Assembly: GCF_001194135.2 (NCBI RefSeq)
Contig: NC_068995.1
Coordinates: 53,353,740 to 53,417,739 of the forward strand
Length of the DNA: 64,000 bases
From: Octopus bimaculoides
Taxonomy: Eukaryota
Reading direction: 5' to 3'
The notes beneath the pieces were generated by a model, which was given only the letters and a program-made list of their open reading frames with translations, did not search any database and was not told where the DNA came from. A program made the translations under genes and the position numbers. Positions 52,473-64,000 of this stretch are shown here, one piece after another; within the stretch, counting starts at the first letter, position 1, and each line of letters begins with the position of its first letter.

Positions 52473-55400
52473 AGGGAGAGAAAAAATGAGAGTGATGCTG
52501 AATAAAAGGGAAGACATAATGAGAGAGGGAGAGATTAATGAAGAGGGAGAGTAAGAGGTGCATTAAATAAGGACAGATCCAGTACTTTGCCAGTCTGTGT
52601 TGTGGTATGATGGAATAGAGACAGAGTGACAGGAGTGAAGAACAGTGATTAGAGAGTAACAGAGATGGTTGGTGGTAGCAGACTTACAAATTCACAATTA
52701 GTCTTTAATTATTATAATCCTAATTAACGAAACAATAGTATTGATTCTTTAATTGTCATAATCCTAATTAATGAAACACTAGTATTGACGTAAACTTATA
52801 ATTAAGTTTAAATTCGGTAGGTAACTTTTTTGTGTTTTTTGTTTGAAAAAACTGTGATGTTGAAAAACATATAATTTTACAATAATGAACTTTTTTGTAT
52901 AAAAAATAAAATTCCTCACAGAACAAATATACATTTTAGTAATTTAGAAGAAAAAAATTAATGAAGCAGAAAAAGATAAAAACACAAGTTTTAATGCAAA
53001 TTATTGTAATTGTAGATTTGTCCAAATTAGACAAATAAAAACAGATAATGATAATGTTCATAATCTAGGCTATCTTTCAGAACATTCCTGAAATGCTTTA
53101 TTTATTCCTATGCTTATAATGATAAGTAATTAATTCAGATTATCAGCAGAAATATTGAAAAAACAAAAAAACAAAAAGTGTCACATTCCTGTTTTGAGAT
53201 GAGGGGTGGTTTTTCGGTATCTTTGGTACTATATATTGTAGGAGGAATCTTATAAAAGAGGTTTAATACCTAATATCATACCAGACATTCCTTATGCTTC
53301 ACCAAAATCCATCGTTTTTCTCAAATGTTCTGTTCTACCTAAGCATGTATTTTATGTCTTTGATGATATAAAAGACACACGGAGATATTAGATGCACCTC
53401 AAATTCAACAGAACATATTGAGAAAACAAAAAAAAAAAAGAAATTCTAATTGCATTAAAGCTTATGAGAGACCCAGCTTTGTAGATAGGACTGAAGCAAG
53501 TAAGAGATAAAAAATTGCCAGTGCTGCCGGACTGGTTCCCGTGCAGGTAACTCGTGAAAAACACCTTCTGCGCGTGGTCATTGCCAGTACTGCCTGACTG
53601 GCCCTCGTGCAGGTGGCATGTAAAAAGCAGCTACTACACTCTCGGAGTGGTTGGCGTTAGGAAGGGCATTCAGCTGTAGGAACCTTGCCAGATCAGATTG
53701 GAGCCTCAGTCAAGCCATCCAACCCATGCCAGCATGGAAAGCGGATGTTAAACAATGATGATGATGATGATTGTATATTATTCTACTCCAAACAATTTAT
53801 GATATCAAATATTTCAGTTGGGTTCATACAGATTTAAAAACACTCTGGCTATTTGGGAATTGTTCCAAATTTGTAGACATGAAGGTGGTGTCTAATAGCT
53901 AAATGAATAAATAATGGTATTCTTAAAATAGATGAGAGATGAGTTAGGTTCTTTGTAACAAAAGAAATAACTGGGTCAAAGTCTGGTTAGAAAACTGGAA
54001 AGCGAGGGAATTTGTAGATTGTGGTAAATAGGTGCTGGCACGGCTGTGTGGTTTTGTGTTTAGTCCCATTGTGTGGCACCTTCGGCAAGTGTCTTCTGCT
54101 ATAGCCCCAGGCTGATCAAAAGCTTTGTGAGTGGATTTGTAAACAGAAACTGGAAGAAGCCTGTGTGTATGTGTTTCTTTGTTTTGGTTTCAAGTGATAT
54201 CCTTCATTTCCTGTCTTCTGTGGAAACCTGTAAGGCCATGGGGGAAATATTACCTTACTTGCAAAATTACTTTGCTTGCAAACAAGATAAGGCAGCTAGA
54301 GTGGCATCTGGCCATAGAAGATCTGTCTCACTGAACCTTGTTTAACCCATGCAAGCATGGAAAAGTGGTTGTAATGTATGGGTGAGAAATTGCATCTGGT
54401 CAGTTTTAACATAAAGCAGGTAGAATATTTGGGCAGGATTTGGCTGGATTAAATGCTAAAGGGTTAAACATGTATTTCTTTTGTTGCAGACACCGCTCCA
54501 TGTTGCTGTGGAGAAAGGCTTCAAGGACATTGTTGTCACCCTTCTTGATGCTGGCGCTGACCTCAATGCCTTAAATGTATTCAACTTGACCCCAGTGAAA
54601 ATTGCTGAACTGCGAGGGGATGTGGAGATCTACAGCTGTTTATTAAGAGAGAAAGGTAAATCCCTTGTGGTTATTTAATTAATGCAATTACCTTTTAACC
54701 CATTGCTACTGTTGTGACTCTGTCATCAATATGCTGCTGCCATTGTTGTGACTCCACAATAGTTGTGACTCTTCCAGAATTAAGACTCTACAGTTGTTGT
54801 TACAACAACATTATGATTGTGCAACCATTGTAGATCTGCAGTTGTTGTGACTCTGTATTTGATGTGACTCTTCCATTATGACTACAATTCTTCCATTATT
54901 CAGGTATCAAAATGCTTGTGCTGTTGTCTTTCTAAATACCTCAGGTCACTGAGCTCTGAGAAAACTAGGTACCAGATTTTCTGGATCAATCAATAAATGA
55001 TTAGTTCACAGTGCTAAAGTGCTAATCATTTATTGATACGTAGCTTTGGGCCATGGAAAGCCAGGTTATTATCTGCACAATGATTTTTTGCACAAGTTCC
55101 TGTCATAAATCAATATTTGTTTATAGATGTGTGTGTGTACATTTTCTTCATTATTAATCATAACTCACCTTTCTTCTCTTTTTTTTTTCTTTCTTTTAGC
55201 GAAAAGAACTGCAAAATGGGTTAAAATAGCTGATGGTGAGTTGGTTTTTGAGTTTCTTGTTTTTATTTCTCTCTTTGCATCAGTAAACAGAACGTTCACA
55301 TGTTTAAATGTTGCTGTGGCCATCATCTGGAATATTTAATGTAAGTTTACCTATAATTCTTAAATTACATATTTACCTGTTGAATGCAAACGTGAAACAT

Positions 55401-58400
55401 ATTTTTTTGTTTTTTTATACCTATTCACGGCCTGCTCTTGGATCATCATCATCGCCGCCAGTAGCAGCAGTAGCAACAGCACCATCAAATTTGGCAGTGG
55501 AGAACAAACACACACACACACACACACACACATACACACACACACACACACATGATGGGCTTCCACTCAGTTTCTATCTATCAGATTCACTCACAAGACA
55601 CTACTCTGCCTGCTGCTATAGTAGATGTTTGCTCAAGATGCCACGCAGTGGGACTGAACCAGAAACCTTGTGGTTGCCGAGTAAGCTACTTACCCATGCA
55701 GTCATGCATGTACCTATATTGATCTATTCAATCATTTTTACCACTTTAAATTAGAACAAACACATGAGACCTCCTCTGACTTGCTAGAAATAGCAACCAA
55801 ATTTCTTTCACATCACAGCCTCCTCACTTATAAACGAGAAGGACACTTTGGATACTGTAGTCCTAGGTACATTCTGTGCAAAAACAGAGACAAAATGGTT
55901 ATGGCCGAAAGGCTTTTGATCATGTGTTGGTTCAGTCAGGTTTCACCTGGGGTTAGGTTAAACAATAACAACATTAACAACAACATGCTTTACCTGGTGA
56001 GAAAAAGAAGAGGAAATAGATAAAATTATGAATTCATGTATTTATGTTTTAAGGATGGGTTAAAAACTTCCAAACTTGGAATCTTATTTCCACAAAATTC
56101 TTGAATACTTTTTATAATTCTTTTTTACAGAGTTTTTATTAGCTTGTGAACAAGGAGATATGATGAGAGCTTTGGAGTTACGGGAGAAAATCGGTGATCG
56201 GGCAGAATCTATCATTAGCGCTATGAAATACAACAAGACTCTTTTGTGGTAAGTATTGCATTGTTAGTATGCACTATAGAATATAGAACAGTAATAAGGC
56301 CCCAATGAACCTCATTGGAATCCTGAATTAATTTTCTATTTAAATTACCTGTCACTTTGATTTGTTCCTTGCATCTGTGATTTCTGGTCTGATGTTGATA
56401 TTAAAATACAGAGTGTGGGAGGTATTTGAGAATATATTTGGTAATATATATATGTAATATTTTTTTCTTTTCCAGTGTATGTAGATCAGGAGAGAAAGAT
56501 CTGGTTCGCCTTTTGCTCACAATTAATCTGGAAGTGGATAGTATCAGCTTTGGTGATAAATCTCCATTACATGTGTCCTGTGAAGAAGGTCATTTGGAAG
56601 TGACCTTGTTGTTGCTTGAGGTAAGATAAACCATTGATTATTTATATAAATTGCTCTTTGTGGTCAAACGCTCAGGAACAAGGGGTGCAGGGGTAGCAAG
56701 TGAACCCCTTAACTGACTTGAAACATTACTTTTCCATTATGGGGTTATCGTATTTGATTATCTTTTATCTTTTACCTCTTTCAGTCATTTGACTGCGGCC
56801 ATGCTGGGGCACTGCCTTGCAGGGTTTTAGTTGAACAATTTGCTCCCAGGACTGATTTACTTTTTAAGCCTAGTATAGTATTTATTCTGTCAATCTCTTT
56901 TGCCAAACTGCTATGTTACGTGGATGTAAACACACCAACACTGATTGTCAAGCAGTGGCGGGGGACAAACACGCACACACACACGCACACACACTCACAC
57001 TGGCTTGCCGGACCTCAGTCAAACCATCCAACCCATGCCAACATAGAAAGCAGACGTTGAACGATGATGGTGATGATGATGATGATGATGATTGAAGCTT
57101 ATAATGCCTGACATAATTTTACATTGAAAATCTTGACAGTTAACTAATTTCTGTATCATTGTTTTCTCTCCTTCCAGAAATATCCAGAAAATGCAGCGTT
57201 GCGTTGCCCCAACGGAAGACTTGCTATACATTATGCTGCCATGAATGGTAAACTAGATATTGTTTCCTTATTACTGGAGTTTCCATACCCTGATCAAGCA
57301 CTGATGCAAATTAATCACACGACTGATGGCATTCAACATTTCCATCACGCCTTCGATCCTGATACTTTGGACTTTGATTCCAAGTCAGCCTTGTACCACG
57401 CCTGTGAAAATGGACACTACAGTGTTGTCAAGTACATGCTTCACAAAGAAATGCCTGCGTGTAAGACATGTGTAAAATGCATTCCGGAAAAGGTAGAGAT
57501 AATCTTTTGATATTGTGTTGTTGCTTCTGTTGCAAGCTATGTGCTGTCTATGTTAGTGTGTATCTATTTTTGACCTTGTACCAGAACAAACATTTTGCCT
57601 AGCATGCTAATGATTCTGCCTGCTCGCCACTTTATTGATGATGATGATGATATGTTATACAGTCTTTAACCTTTTTGATGCCGACCTGGCTGAGACCTTC
57701 CTTGTTTTAAAGTCAGGGTCGGGTCAGGTGCAGAGGTATGTACAACTGCAGCTCATTGCTGCACTCATCATTTGTCGGTCTATTCCTGGGTTCTCTTGGT
57801 TGACCTGTTGAGCAGGGTCCCAGTCATACAATAACAGCCATACTAACAATCCAACATACCTCCATCATCAGCTGCCCCATGGATATCATTATGGTTTCGA
57901 CACCTGGGCAGCATGGAAAACAGATGCTATATGATGATGATGATGATGATGTGTGTGTGTGTATAAAATATATTAAAAACAGTTTCTTAACATCTAACAA
58001 GATTCTTTTCTTTCTGTTTTTCTCTCTCTCTTTTTCCAGACTTCTGACAGTATGACCCAAAGTCAAATGTTTCCCACAGTTCACTTATGTAAACCATTCA
58101 CTGTAAATGGACTGAGTCCTCTGCAAATAGCTGTTCTTCATAATTTCCAGGAAATTGCAAGTATACTGCTAGAGACTGGGGTTAACACAGGAGTTAGGGC
58201 TGACCCTAATGAACTCACATTCGTCTTGAAAACAGCTTCTGATTACAGTTACATTTCTTTGGTTGACCTCCTTTTACAACATGGTGCCAAAGACGATCGC
58301 AATCATATTCTCATGGCTGCTGAAATATCTCAGGATATCGAGATGCTTGGGGTGATTCTAAAATATAAAACTGTACCGGATACTCACTGTCATATTGACC

Positions 58401-59675
58401 GTAATCAAGTGAAGCTGAAAGCTTCTGAGCTGTCTTTTATGTCAGAGAGTGGTAACATTGAGAGCTTTAACTCTTCTGATCTCGACGGACAACTTTATCC
58501 TCCAATGACTGCTGTTTCTCTTTGCTGGCAGGACTTGCGGATTCTCACATGCGTGCACACTTCTTGGTTGATTTCTGCTTCTTTGCTTCACAACCCTTAC
58601 CTTAATAGCAGCCACACACAACTGTCATTGTGTACCATCACAAGAATTAATCTTCAGGGCAACAGAATATTAAAGTTTCCGTCCATTTTATATGAATTAT
58701 CTTCTCTTTGTTACTTAGATATTTCACACAATGAGGTTGATGCTCTTTCTGAAACAAACCCCTTACAGATTGGAGAACTGTGGCCAAATCTAGTCAAATT
58801 GAACATTAGTCACAACAAGTTACTTTTTTTACCAAGTTATATCTTTCATTTACCTATACTATTTTATTTAAATGCTTCTTACAATCGCTTAGAGAACATT
58901 CCAGAGGACTTTTGGTTCACATCTTCGTTAGAGAATGTTGATTTCTCTTATAATAACTTGCGATCCTTCATGTGTCCAGCTTATCAGAGCCGGGTAATGA
59001 TGTCAAATCGGCAAAGATATTCAACCACCTACTCATGCAATGAGAGTGTTTCCAGCAATGACAATTCAGAAGTATTCACCTTGGGACATTCCACCAGCCA
59101 AGAGCTGGAAGAGTATAGCGATACTGTGTTATCGCATAACTTGAAAATGGATGTGCAACATTGTGTCTACTGGCACAGCAGTTTGCAGGTGAGCACAGAA
59201 TCTGATGTGCCCGCTAACGATGAAAATGGACGTAAACTAGGCCTTAAAGTTCTCAACCTTTCATCCAATCACTTGAAAGAAATTCCTGAGGGTTTGGCTT
59301 GTTGTTTCCCAAACTTGGATCAGCTAAATATCTCGGAAAATGATATCTACAATTGGGGCAATCTCAGTCTTTATCCATCAATGTTGCGAGAACTTGATCT
59401 CAGTCAAAACCGACTCATCAATATGTCGTCGAAACAAGGTTCTACATCAACAAGCACGGAGTCGTTGTTTTGCTATAATACCAGACAGTGAGTATTCTTT
59501 TAATTCTTATGTTTTGTGTGTTTTGAAATGTTTTGTCTTTTTCTCAAGAGTTTCAGCTGATCATGTTGATGTTATATGATGCCTGGATACCAGACTAAAA
59601 CTTACAAGTTTGTATCCTGTCACTTTTGTTGTAATGTGTCCATTGCCAAGATGCAACTCTCAGTCGACCTTGTCG

Positions 59676-59709
<34 letters not shown>

Positions 59710-62700
59710 GGTTTGCTTTGTTAGTGAAGATTTACAGATAGGAATACCTATGTCTGCTGCAGGCTTCCTGATACCTGATGAGTCCAATTTGGGAGAAATG
59801 AGCATCCCTGCAGAAGCTGCATGGGAATGCAGGTAATCAGGGTTGGCTGCAGCATCCTTGTTTTTCCTTCTTTTTCACTTGTCTAAAGAGATGGTCTGAG
59901 AGCAGGTAAAGGCCACCAGCATCAAAGTAACTCTGCTAAAGATGTGTCTATGCTGGGCAGGACATGTCACTGGGATGGAAGATCATCGACTTCACAAAAT
60001 CACCCTGTATGGTGAAGTCACCCCAAAATTCTATTAAAGTGAATATTGTTTTTGTTTATTTGTAGGGGATCAACATCTTCGTGGAGGCACAGTGGCACAC
60101 CACCATTTACTTCTTACATACAAGACTTGAATACTTGTGTTCATCGTCAGCACCGAATTTTGGTGAATTTGCAGACATTGAATTTACACGCTAATCGTCT
60201 TTCATCCTTGAACTTCATTCATCCTGTTAATACATCTGCTGACTCTTGCCATTCACGGAATTCTGTTGGAACCGAAGGCTCTTTCCGAAGTGTAAGAATT
60301 ATTTTACCCTTTTCTTTTTCTCCTTTTTTTTGTTTGTTTGGTGTATTGTTTTCTTCTTTGCCTTTCACCCCCCCCCCCCGATAAAATGAAGTACCAGTCA
60401 ACCACTGGAGTTGATGGTATCGACTAACTTTACGTCTCCCAAAACTGCCATCCTTGTGTCTAAATTAGAAACAATTGTTGTTGTTGTTGTTGTCTTTGCA
60501 CAGCTTCTAACGCTGGAGATGAACTATGGTGTCAGCTGTTCACTACCAGTGAACTAAGGTAACACCTCTTATTTTTCGAGCACCTTCTGGAGTATTCGAG
60601 CGGTTCCAAGCAGTGCTGTTTTCTGCAAGTGCTCCACCCTTATTGCAGACCCTATTTGTTCCACGTACTTCTCGAGATTTTTGATCACTGTTCCTAGGGC
60701 TCCGACATTTATTGGTACTACTGCTACCTTTTCCATCGACCACAACTTCTTAACCTCCTAAGCTAACCTGTCATATCTCTCAACTTATCTTTCTTCCTTA
60801 TCGCATACCTTGTTGTCAGATGGGCATACTATATCTATGATCCAGCATCGTTTGTTTTCTTTCTCAATTAAGACTATGTCCATCTTCGTATTCTCTATCA
60901 CATGGTCGCACTGAATCATAAAATCCCATAGGATCTTTGCATTTCTATTTTCAACGATGCCTTCAGGTTTGTGGCCGTACCAATTTTATTATTATTATTA
61001 TTACTCTTGTTTTTTTTTTCAGTCTGCAACATCTGGAATAGGTCCACCCCCAGTGGTAATATTCCCAAACTTGACCATGTTGGATGTGAGTTTTAATCGA
61101 ATCAACAAAGTTGCTGGTGACATTGGTTTACTGTCTCAACTGAAAATGCTAAATCTTAGTGACAATGATATACGAGAGGTACGTCAGTCGGTTTTTTTTC
61201 CCCCTTTCCATGTTTTCTCATGCATCCCACATGTTTGATCAGGCTTTAGGATGCTAGCATTCCAATATAACAGGTGCATGTTGTTATTTAGCCCCAGGTC
61301 AGCTGATCCAGTGGACTTATAATCAGTCATATCACCCTCGACTATCCCCATTTTTAATGTTTTTGCATGATTGCAAAGCAAGCTTCTTAATTCCACAAAT
61401 ATGCCTCTGTCCATATTATATTAGCACCCACTTAACCATATATACTAGAATATAATATGAAACTGAATATAATGTAACCCGCACATTCATTTACACCTGA
61501 AACTAGGTAAAATATTTCTGATCCCTTTTTTTTTTCCTTCTTAAAACCAAGTATAATGATATTCCATGAATTTGAGCCTGATCTTTTGCATTTAATTAAT
61601 ATAATTTAGATTATGTCATGCTGATGATTTCTAAAAAGAATGAAATAGTGCTGCACAGACAAATAACCGTCAAATGTAAATAATGTAAATGATTCTCATA
61701 TAATACTCATGTAATTACAATATTAGTTTCAAACTGATAAGAAATAGAAATTTAAAAAAATGTATTTCCTTTCTTTCCTTTTTATTTTTTTATTTTTATT
61801 TCTTTATTTTGACAGCTTCCTGCTGAAATGGGTTTATTGAAAAGATTGTGGAAGCTTGATCTGGAAAACTGTCCCTTAGAAGGGCCTGTGCACGACTTGC
61901 TTGCAATGAATCGACCTGCTGTTGAGATTACAGGCTTTCTTAATTCAGTGCTTGAAGCGTAAGAATTTTACCATTTTTCCCTCCTTATTTTCCTCTTCTC
62001 AGTGGAGGTTTGTGGCCTAGGGGTTAGGACATGGCATTCACAATTGTAAAATCATAGTTTCAATTCCCAGACTGGGCGGTGTTTTGTGTTCTTGAGCAAG
62101 ACACTTCATTTCACATTACTCCAGTCCACTCAGTTGCAAAATGAGTTCCAGCAATAGCTGGAAATTTAATCCTGCAACAGAATGGTTTTCCATTGAGATG
62201 AGAGTGTTATAATCTCAGCCATTTATTTGCTATGGAAACCTAGTTAGCCACACATCTCGTTTGTATCTTTTGCCAATCGTCCCTTTTATTATTTCCAATT
62301 CCTACACGGCTTTTTTTTTTTCTTTTCACATTTGATGTCTGTTTGTTTTGCAGGGAATGTGAATACAACTGCTTAAATCTGATGCTTGTTGGCACTCATA
62401 ATGTTGGTAAAACATCTTTACTGTTGCAACTGAGGAAACTCTGCAAAATACCCAAAGACAGTCGACCAAAAGTATGTCCAAACTTGCTGTGTTGTTTCAG
62501 GGTTATGTGTCTTGTTTGTAAGGCAATGGTGTTGGACGAGTGTGTTGTGTGGGGTGGGGAGAGATATAAATAAGTAGATAGATAGATAGATAGAGAGAGA
62601 GAGAAAGAAAGAAAGATTAAGTATCTAATGGTATTTTCTTTATTTGTTTCACATTTTCATATTTGAATCTTACTTGACATTATTATTATTATTATTATTA

Positions 62701-63707
62701 TAAAAAGAATTGACCTAACTCTTCACAAAGGTAAACAGTGAAGACGAAGAGTGCGATTCGATTGTAAGATATTTTATTGGTTGAACGATATTTCAACAGT
62801 AAGTCTGTCTTTGTCAAGTTCAAAATAAGAAGGAATAAAAATTCAAAATTACAGAAATTTAAACGTAAAGTATGAACGAGAGCAACCAGCGTCCACACGT
62901 TGATGGAATGACATCATCAGATTTTAAAGTTAGAATTTTATAACAGGCGAAAAGGAAAAGACAGAAAAAAAAAGAAAAGAAAAAATGATGAGAAAGTTTA
63001 TTTACTAAATTTCTTATTTTAAAAATTAATTGAAACTTAAGCAGAGTATTTCAACAAAGATGTGGAGCAATATTTTTCACATGGAACCATTTTACAAGAA
63101 GAATGAAAATCATTCTATGAGACTTGTCTGAAACCCAGTTCACAAAGCCAGAAATTTCTTCTCAAAATTTCAAGACTCAGTTCAATTCAAGCTGAAGTCA
63201 TTCTATATAATAGTATTTTTTAAGCATTGAATGGCTGTAGGGCCCCTTCCCCCACAAATAAGATAGGAATCAAAAACGGTCCATAAGGAAAAATTGGTTG
63301 AGAACCACTGCATTAGTATGTGATTAAGGGAGATTTGCCTGTTGTTTCTAGCAGGTTGACTGATCATGTAGAGGCTCTCTTGTTGGCTTGTTAATGGTGT
63401 TGGTGGTGATGATAATGATGATGATGATGTTGATGAGTGGATGTTGATGCTGGTGACATGAGGATGATGGTGATGTGGTGATGATGATGCTGTAATATGA
63501 TGATATTGATAATGGTGAAGATGTTACTGATGTGTGCAACAACAATGATTTCTACGTTCATTCCAGCATTGGGTGGAGCGCATTGGAGGAAGCGGCACAG
63601 CGAAGGGACGGTTATTATCAACAGTAGGCATTGACATGGAGAAGGTGATTCTTGATAAACCAACAAAAGGTCCAATCACATTCCGGACTTGGGACTTTGG
63701 AGGGCAG
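48004..63707 (+). CDS. LRRK1-like: LRRK-family ROCO protein (ankyrin repeats, LRRs, Roc GTPase); 3' part (COR/kinase expected) beyond window; join(48004-48235,51800-51840,54490-54655,55200-55235,56131-56248,56476-56620,57178-57492,58040-59487,60066-60291,61023-61178,61816-61958,62354-62471,63567-63707)
   Basis: 13 exons give an uninterrupted 1095-codon frame. Features: ankyrin motifs (GRTAVYTAV, TPLHVAV, KSPLHVSC, KSALYHAC), LxxLxLxxN LRRs, Roc G1 GTHNVGKT, G2 STVGID, G3 FRTWDFGGQ. HWVERIG and GPITFRTWDFGGQ resemble invertebrate Lrrk/lrk-1 as I recall them. Exact orthology (LRRK1 vs the protostome clade) needs a tree. Confidence 0.93.
51800..51840 (+). CDS. LRRK1-like: LRRK 41-nt microexon (ANLNLPGGPKCHNN), absent from ORF track
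   Basis: Acceptor tattttcag; donor AAT|gtaagt; supplies exactly the phase 1 to 0 bridge needed and completes an ankyrin repeat before TPLH. Confidence 0.85.
53500..53772 (+). mobile_element. Third interspersed family ending aggaagggcatccagctgta...atgccagcatggaaagcggacgttaaacgatgatgatg
   Basis: Related copies at about 17-207(-), 1300-1450, 14020-14300, 16805-17070 and 56990-57090; (GAT)n tail. Confidence 0.75.
54490..54655 (+). CDS. LRRK1-like: LRRK exon, ankyrin (TPLHVAVEKG...LLREK)
   Basis: Acceptor ttgttgcag; donor G|gtaaat; 166 nt. Confidence 0.9.
55200..55235 (+). CDS. LRRK1-like: LRRK 36-nt microexon (AKRTAKWVKIAD)
   Basis: Long pyrimidine tract then tag; donor G|gtgagt; phase 1 to 1, frame-neutral. 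Confidence 0.7.
56131..56248 (+). CDS. LRRK1-like: LRRK exon (EFLLACEQGD...NKTLL), absent from ORF track
   Basis: Acceptor ttttttacag; donor TG|gtaagt; phase 1 to 2. Confidence 0.85.
56476..56620 (+). CDS. LRRK1-like: LRRK exon, ankyrin (VCRSGEKD...TLLLLE)
   Basis: Acceptor ttttccag; donor GAG|gtaaga; phase 2 to 0. Confidence 0.9.
57178..57492 (+). CDS. LRRK1-like: LRRK exon, ankyrin (KYPENAAL...KCIPEK)
   Basis: Acceptor cttccag; donor AAG|gtagag; 315 nt. Confidence 0.88.
58040..59487 (+). CDS. LRRK1-like: LRRK large exon, last ankyrin repeats and LRR array with Ser-rich insert
   Basis: Acceptor tttttccag; donor CA|gtgagt; 1448 nt open (ORF 58052..59491). Confidence 0.93.
59757..59813 (+). 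ncRNA. Degenerate hammerhead motif (fourth family) in LRRK intron
   Basis: CUGCAGG-cuuccu-GAUAC-CUGAUGA-GUCC(aauuu)GGGA-GAAA-uga-GCAUC-CCUGCAG: extended bulged helix I is visible; the helix II closing pair and helix III are damaged. Confidence 0.5.
59900..60020 (+). mobile_element. RTE-clade LINE fragment in LRRK intron
   Basis: Reads ATSIKVTLLKMCLCWAGHVTGMEDHRLHKITLYGEV (WaGHv.Rm.d.RlpK..lygel motif). Confidence 0.75.
60066..60291 (+). CDS. LRRK1-like: LRRK exon (GSTSSW...CVHRQHRILVNLQTLNLHAN...SFRS)
   Basis: Acceptor tttgtag; donor AGT|gtaaga; phase 2 to 0. Confidence 0.85.
60476..60987 (-). mobile_element. 3' end of an RLE-type (R4/Dong/NeSL-like) non-LTR retrotransposon in LRRK intron
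   Basis: Minus strand reads WYGHKPEGIVENRNAKILWDFMIQCDHVIE...DIVLIEK...IIDIVCPSD...LWS...VPINVGALG...LQKTALLGTARILQKVLEK* with two internal stops; 3' UTR ends in (CAA)n. Confidence 0.85.
61023..61178 (+). CDS. LRRK1-like: LRRK exon, LRR (SATSGIG...DNDIRE)
   Basis: Acceptor tttttcag; donor GAG|gtacgt; 156 nt. Confidence 0.88.
61816..61958 (+). CDS. LRRK1-like: LRRK exon, last LRR and linker (LPAEMGLLKRLWKLDL...SVLEA), absent from ORF track
   Basis: Acceptor ttttgacag; donor GC|gtaaga; typical LRR-to-Roc hinge. Confidence 0.9.
62354..62471 (+). CDS. LRRK1-like: LRRK exon, Roc P-loop (LMLVGTHNVGKTSLL)
   Basis: Acceptor ttttgcag; donor AAA|gtatgt; GxxxxGKT motif. Confidence 0.92.
63567..63707 (+). 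CDS. LRRK1-like: LRRK exon, Roc G2/G3 (HWVERIG...STVGID...FRTWDFGGQ)
   Basis: Acceptor ttccag; donor CAG|gtaaaa; 141 nt. Confidence 0.92.
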
Positions 63708-63744
63708 GTAAAATATTGTTTTAACTCTGTCACTATACTTGACC

Positions 63745-64000
63745 TGACTTTTCGTCCGATGTCACTTTGTCCAACGTCATTTTGTCCTTGTATTTTGATC
63801 CGACGTCTTTTTTGTTTGATGATTTTTTTTTTGTCCAACAATTTTTTGTCCAATTTTAAATAAACTCTTTAGAAAACAAGATGAATATCAAAATCAAAGC
63901 AACACTGAGAATTTTATTGACAGGATTTGTCGTTGGACAAAAAAAAATCACTGGACAAAAAGACATCAAACCGAAAGACGTGGACGAAAAGACATTTGAC
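63745..64000. mobile_element. Foldback/MITE-like element with reiterated ttgtcc/ggacaa motifs, runs off the window end
   Basis: Several ttgtcc/tcgtcc motifs at 63745-63855 mirrored by ggacaa/ggacga at 63935-63990. Confidence 0.55.

Overview
Eukaryotic draft-assembly DNA: AT-rich, with spliceosomal GT-AG introns, N-gaps, dense (TA)n/(CA)n/(TACA)n/(ATT)n microsatellites and many SINE/LINE/mariner/hAT remnants. The repeat landscape looks like Octopus (inference, not checked). Most ORFs in the supplied track are microsatellite or gap artefacts. Two real + strand genes can be spliced by hand with consistent intron phases. (1) 4859-17456: an uncharacterised protein of four Cys-patterned modules, each encoded by an A (phase 1 to 2) and B (phase 2 to 1) exon pair. 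Module 2 carries about 284 extra Asn/Tyr/Asp/Arg/Trp-rich residues in one loop. One B exon probably lies in a gap, and the first and last exons were not found. (2) 48004-63707 and beyond the window: an ankyrin-LRR-Roc gene of the LRRK family (13 coding exons, 1095 codons to the DFGGQ motif). The most unusual non-coding signal is a set of minimal type I hammerhead ribozyme motifs from at least four repeat families. One family fuses a tRNA-derived Pol III head, an (AAT)n linker, a hammerhead and a Penelope-like tail (three copies). The near-intact hammerhead cores lie on the - strand, antisense to the + strand genes, while the sense copies are broken.
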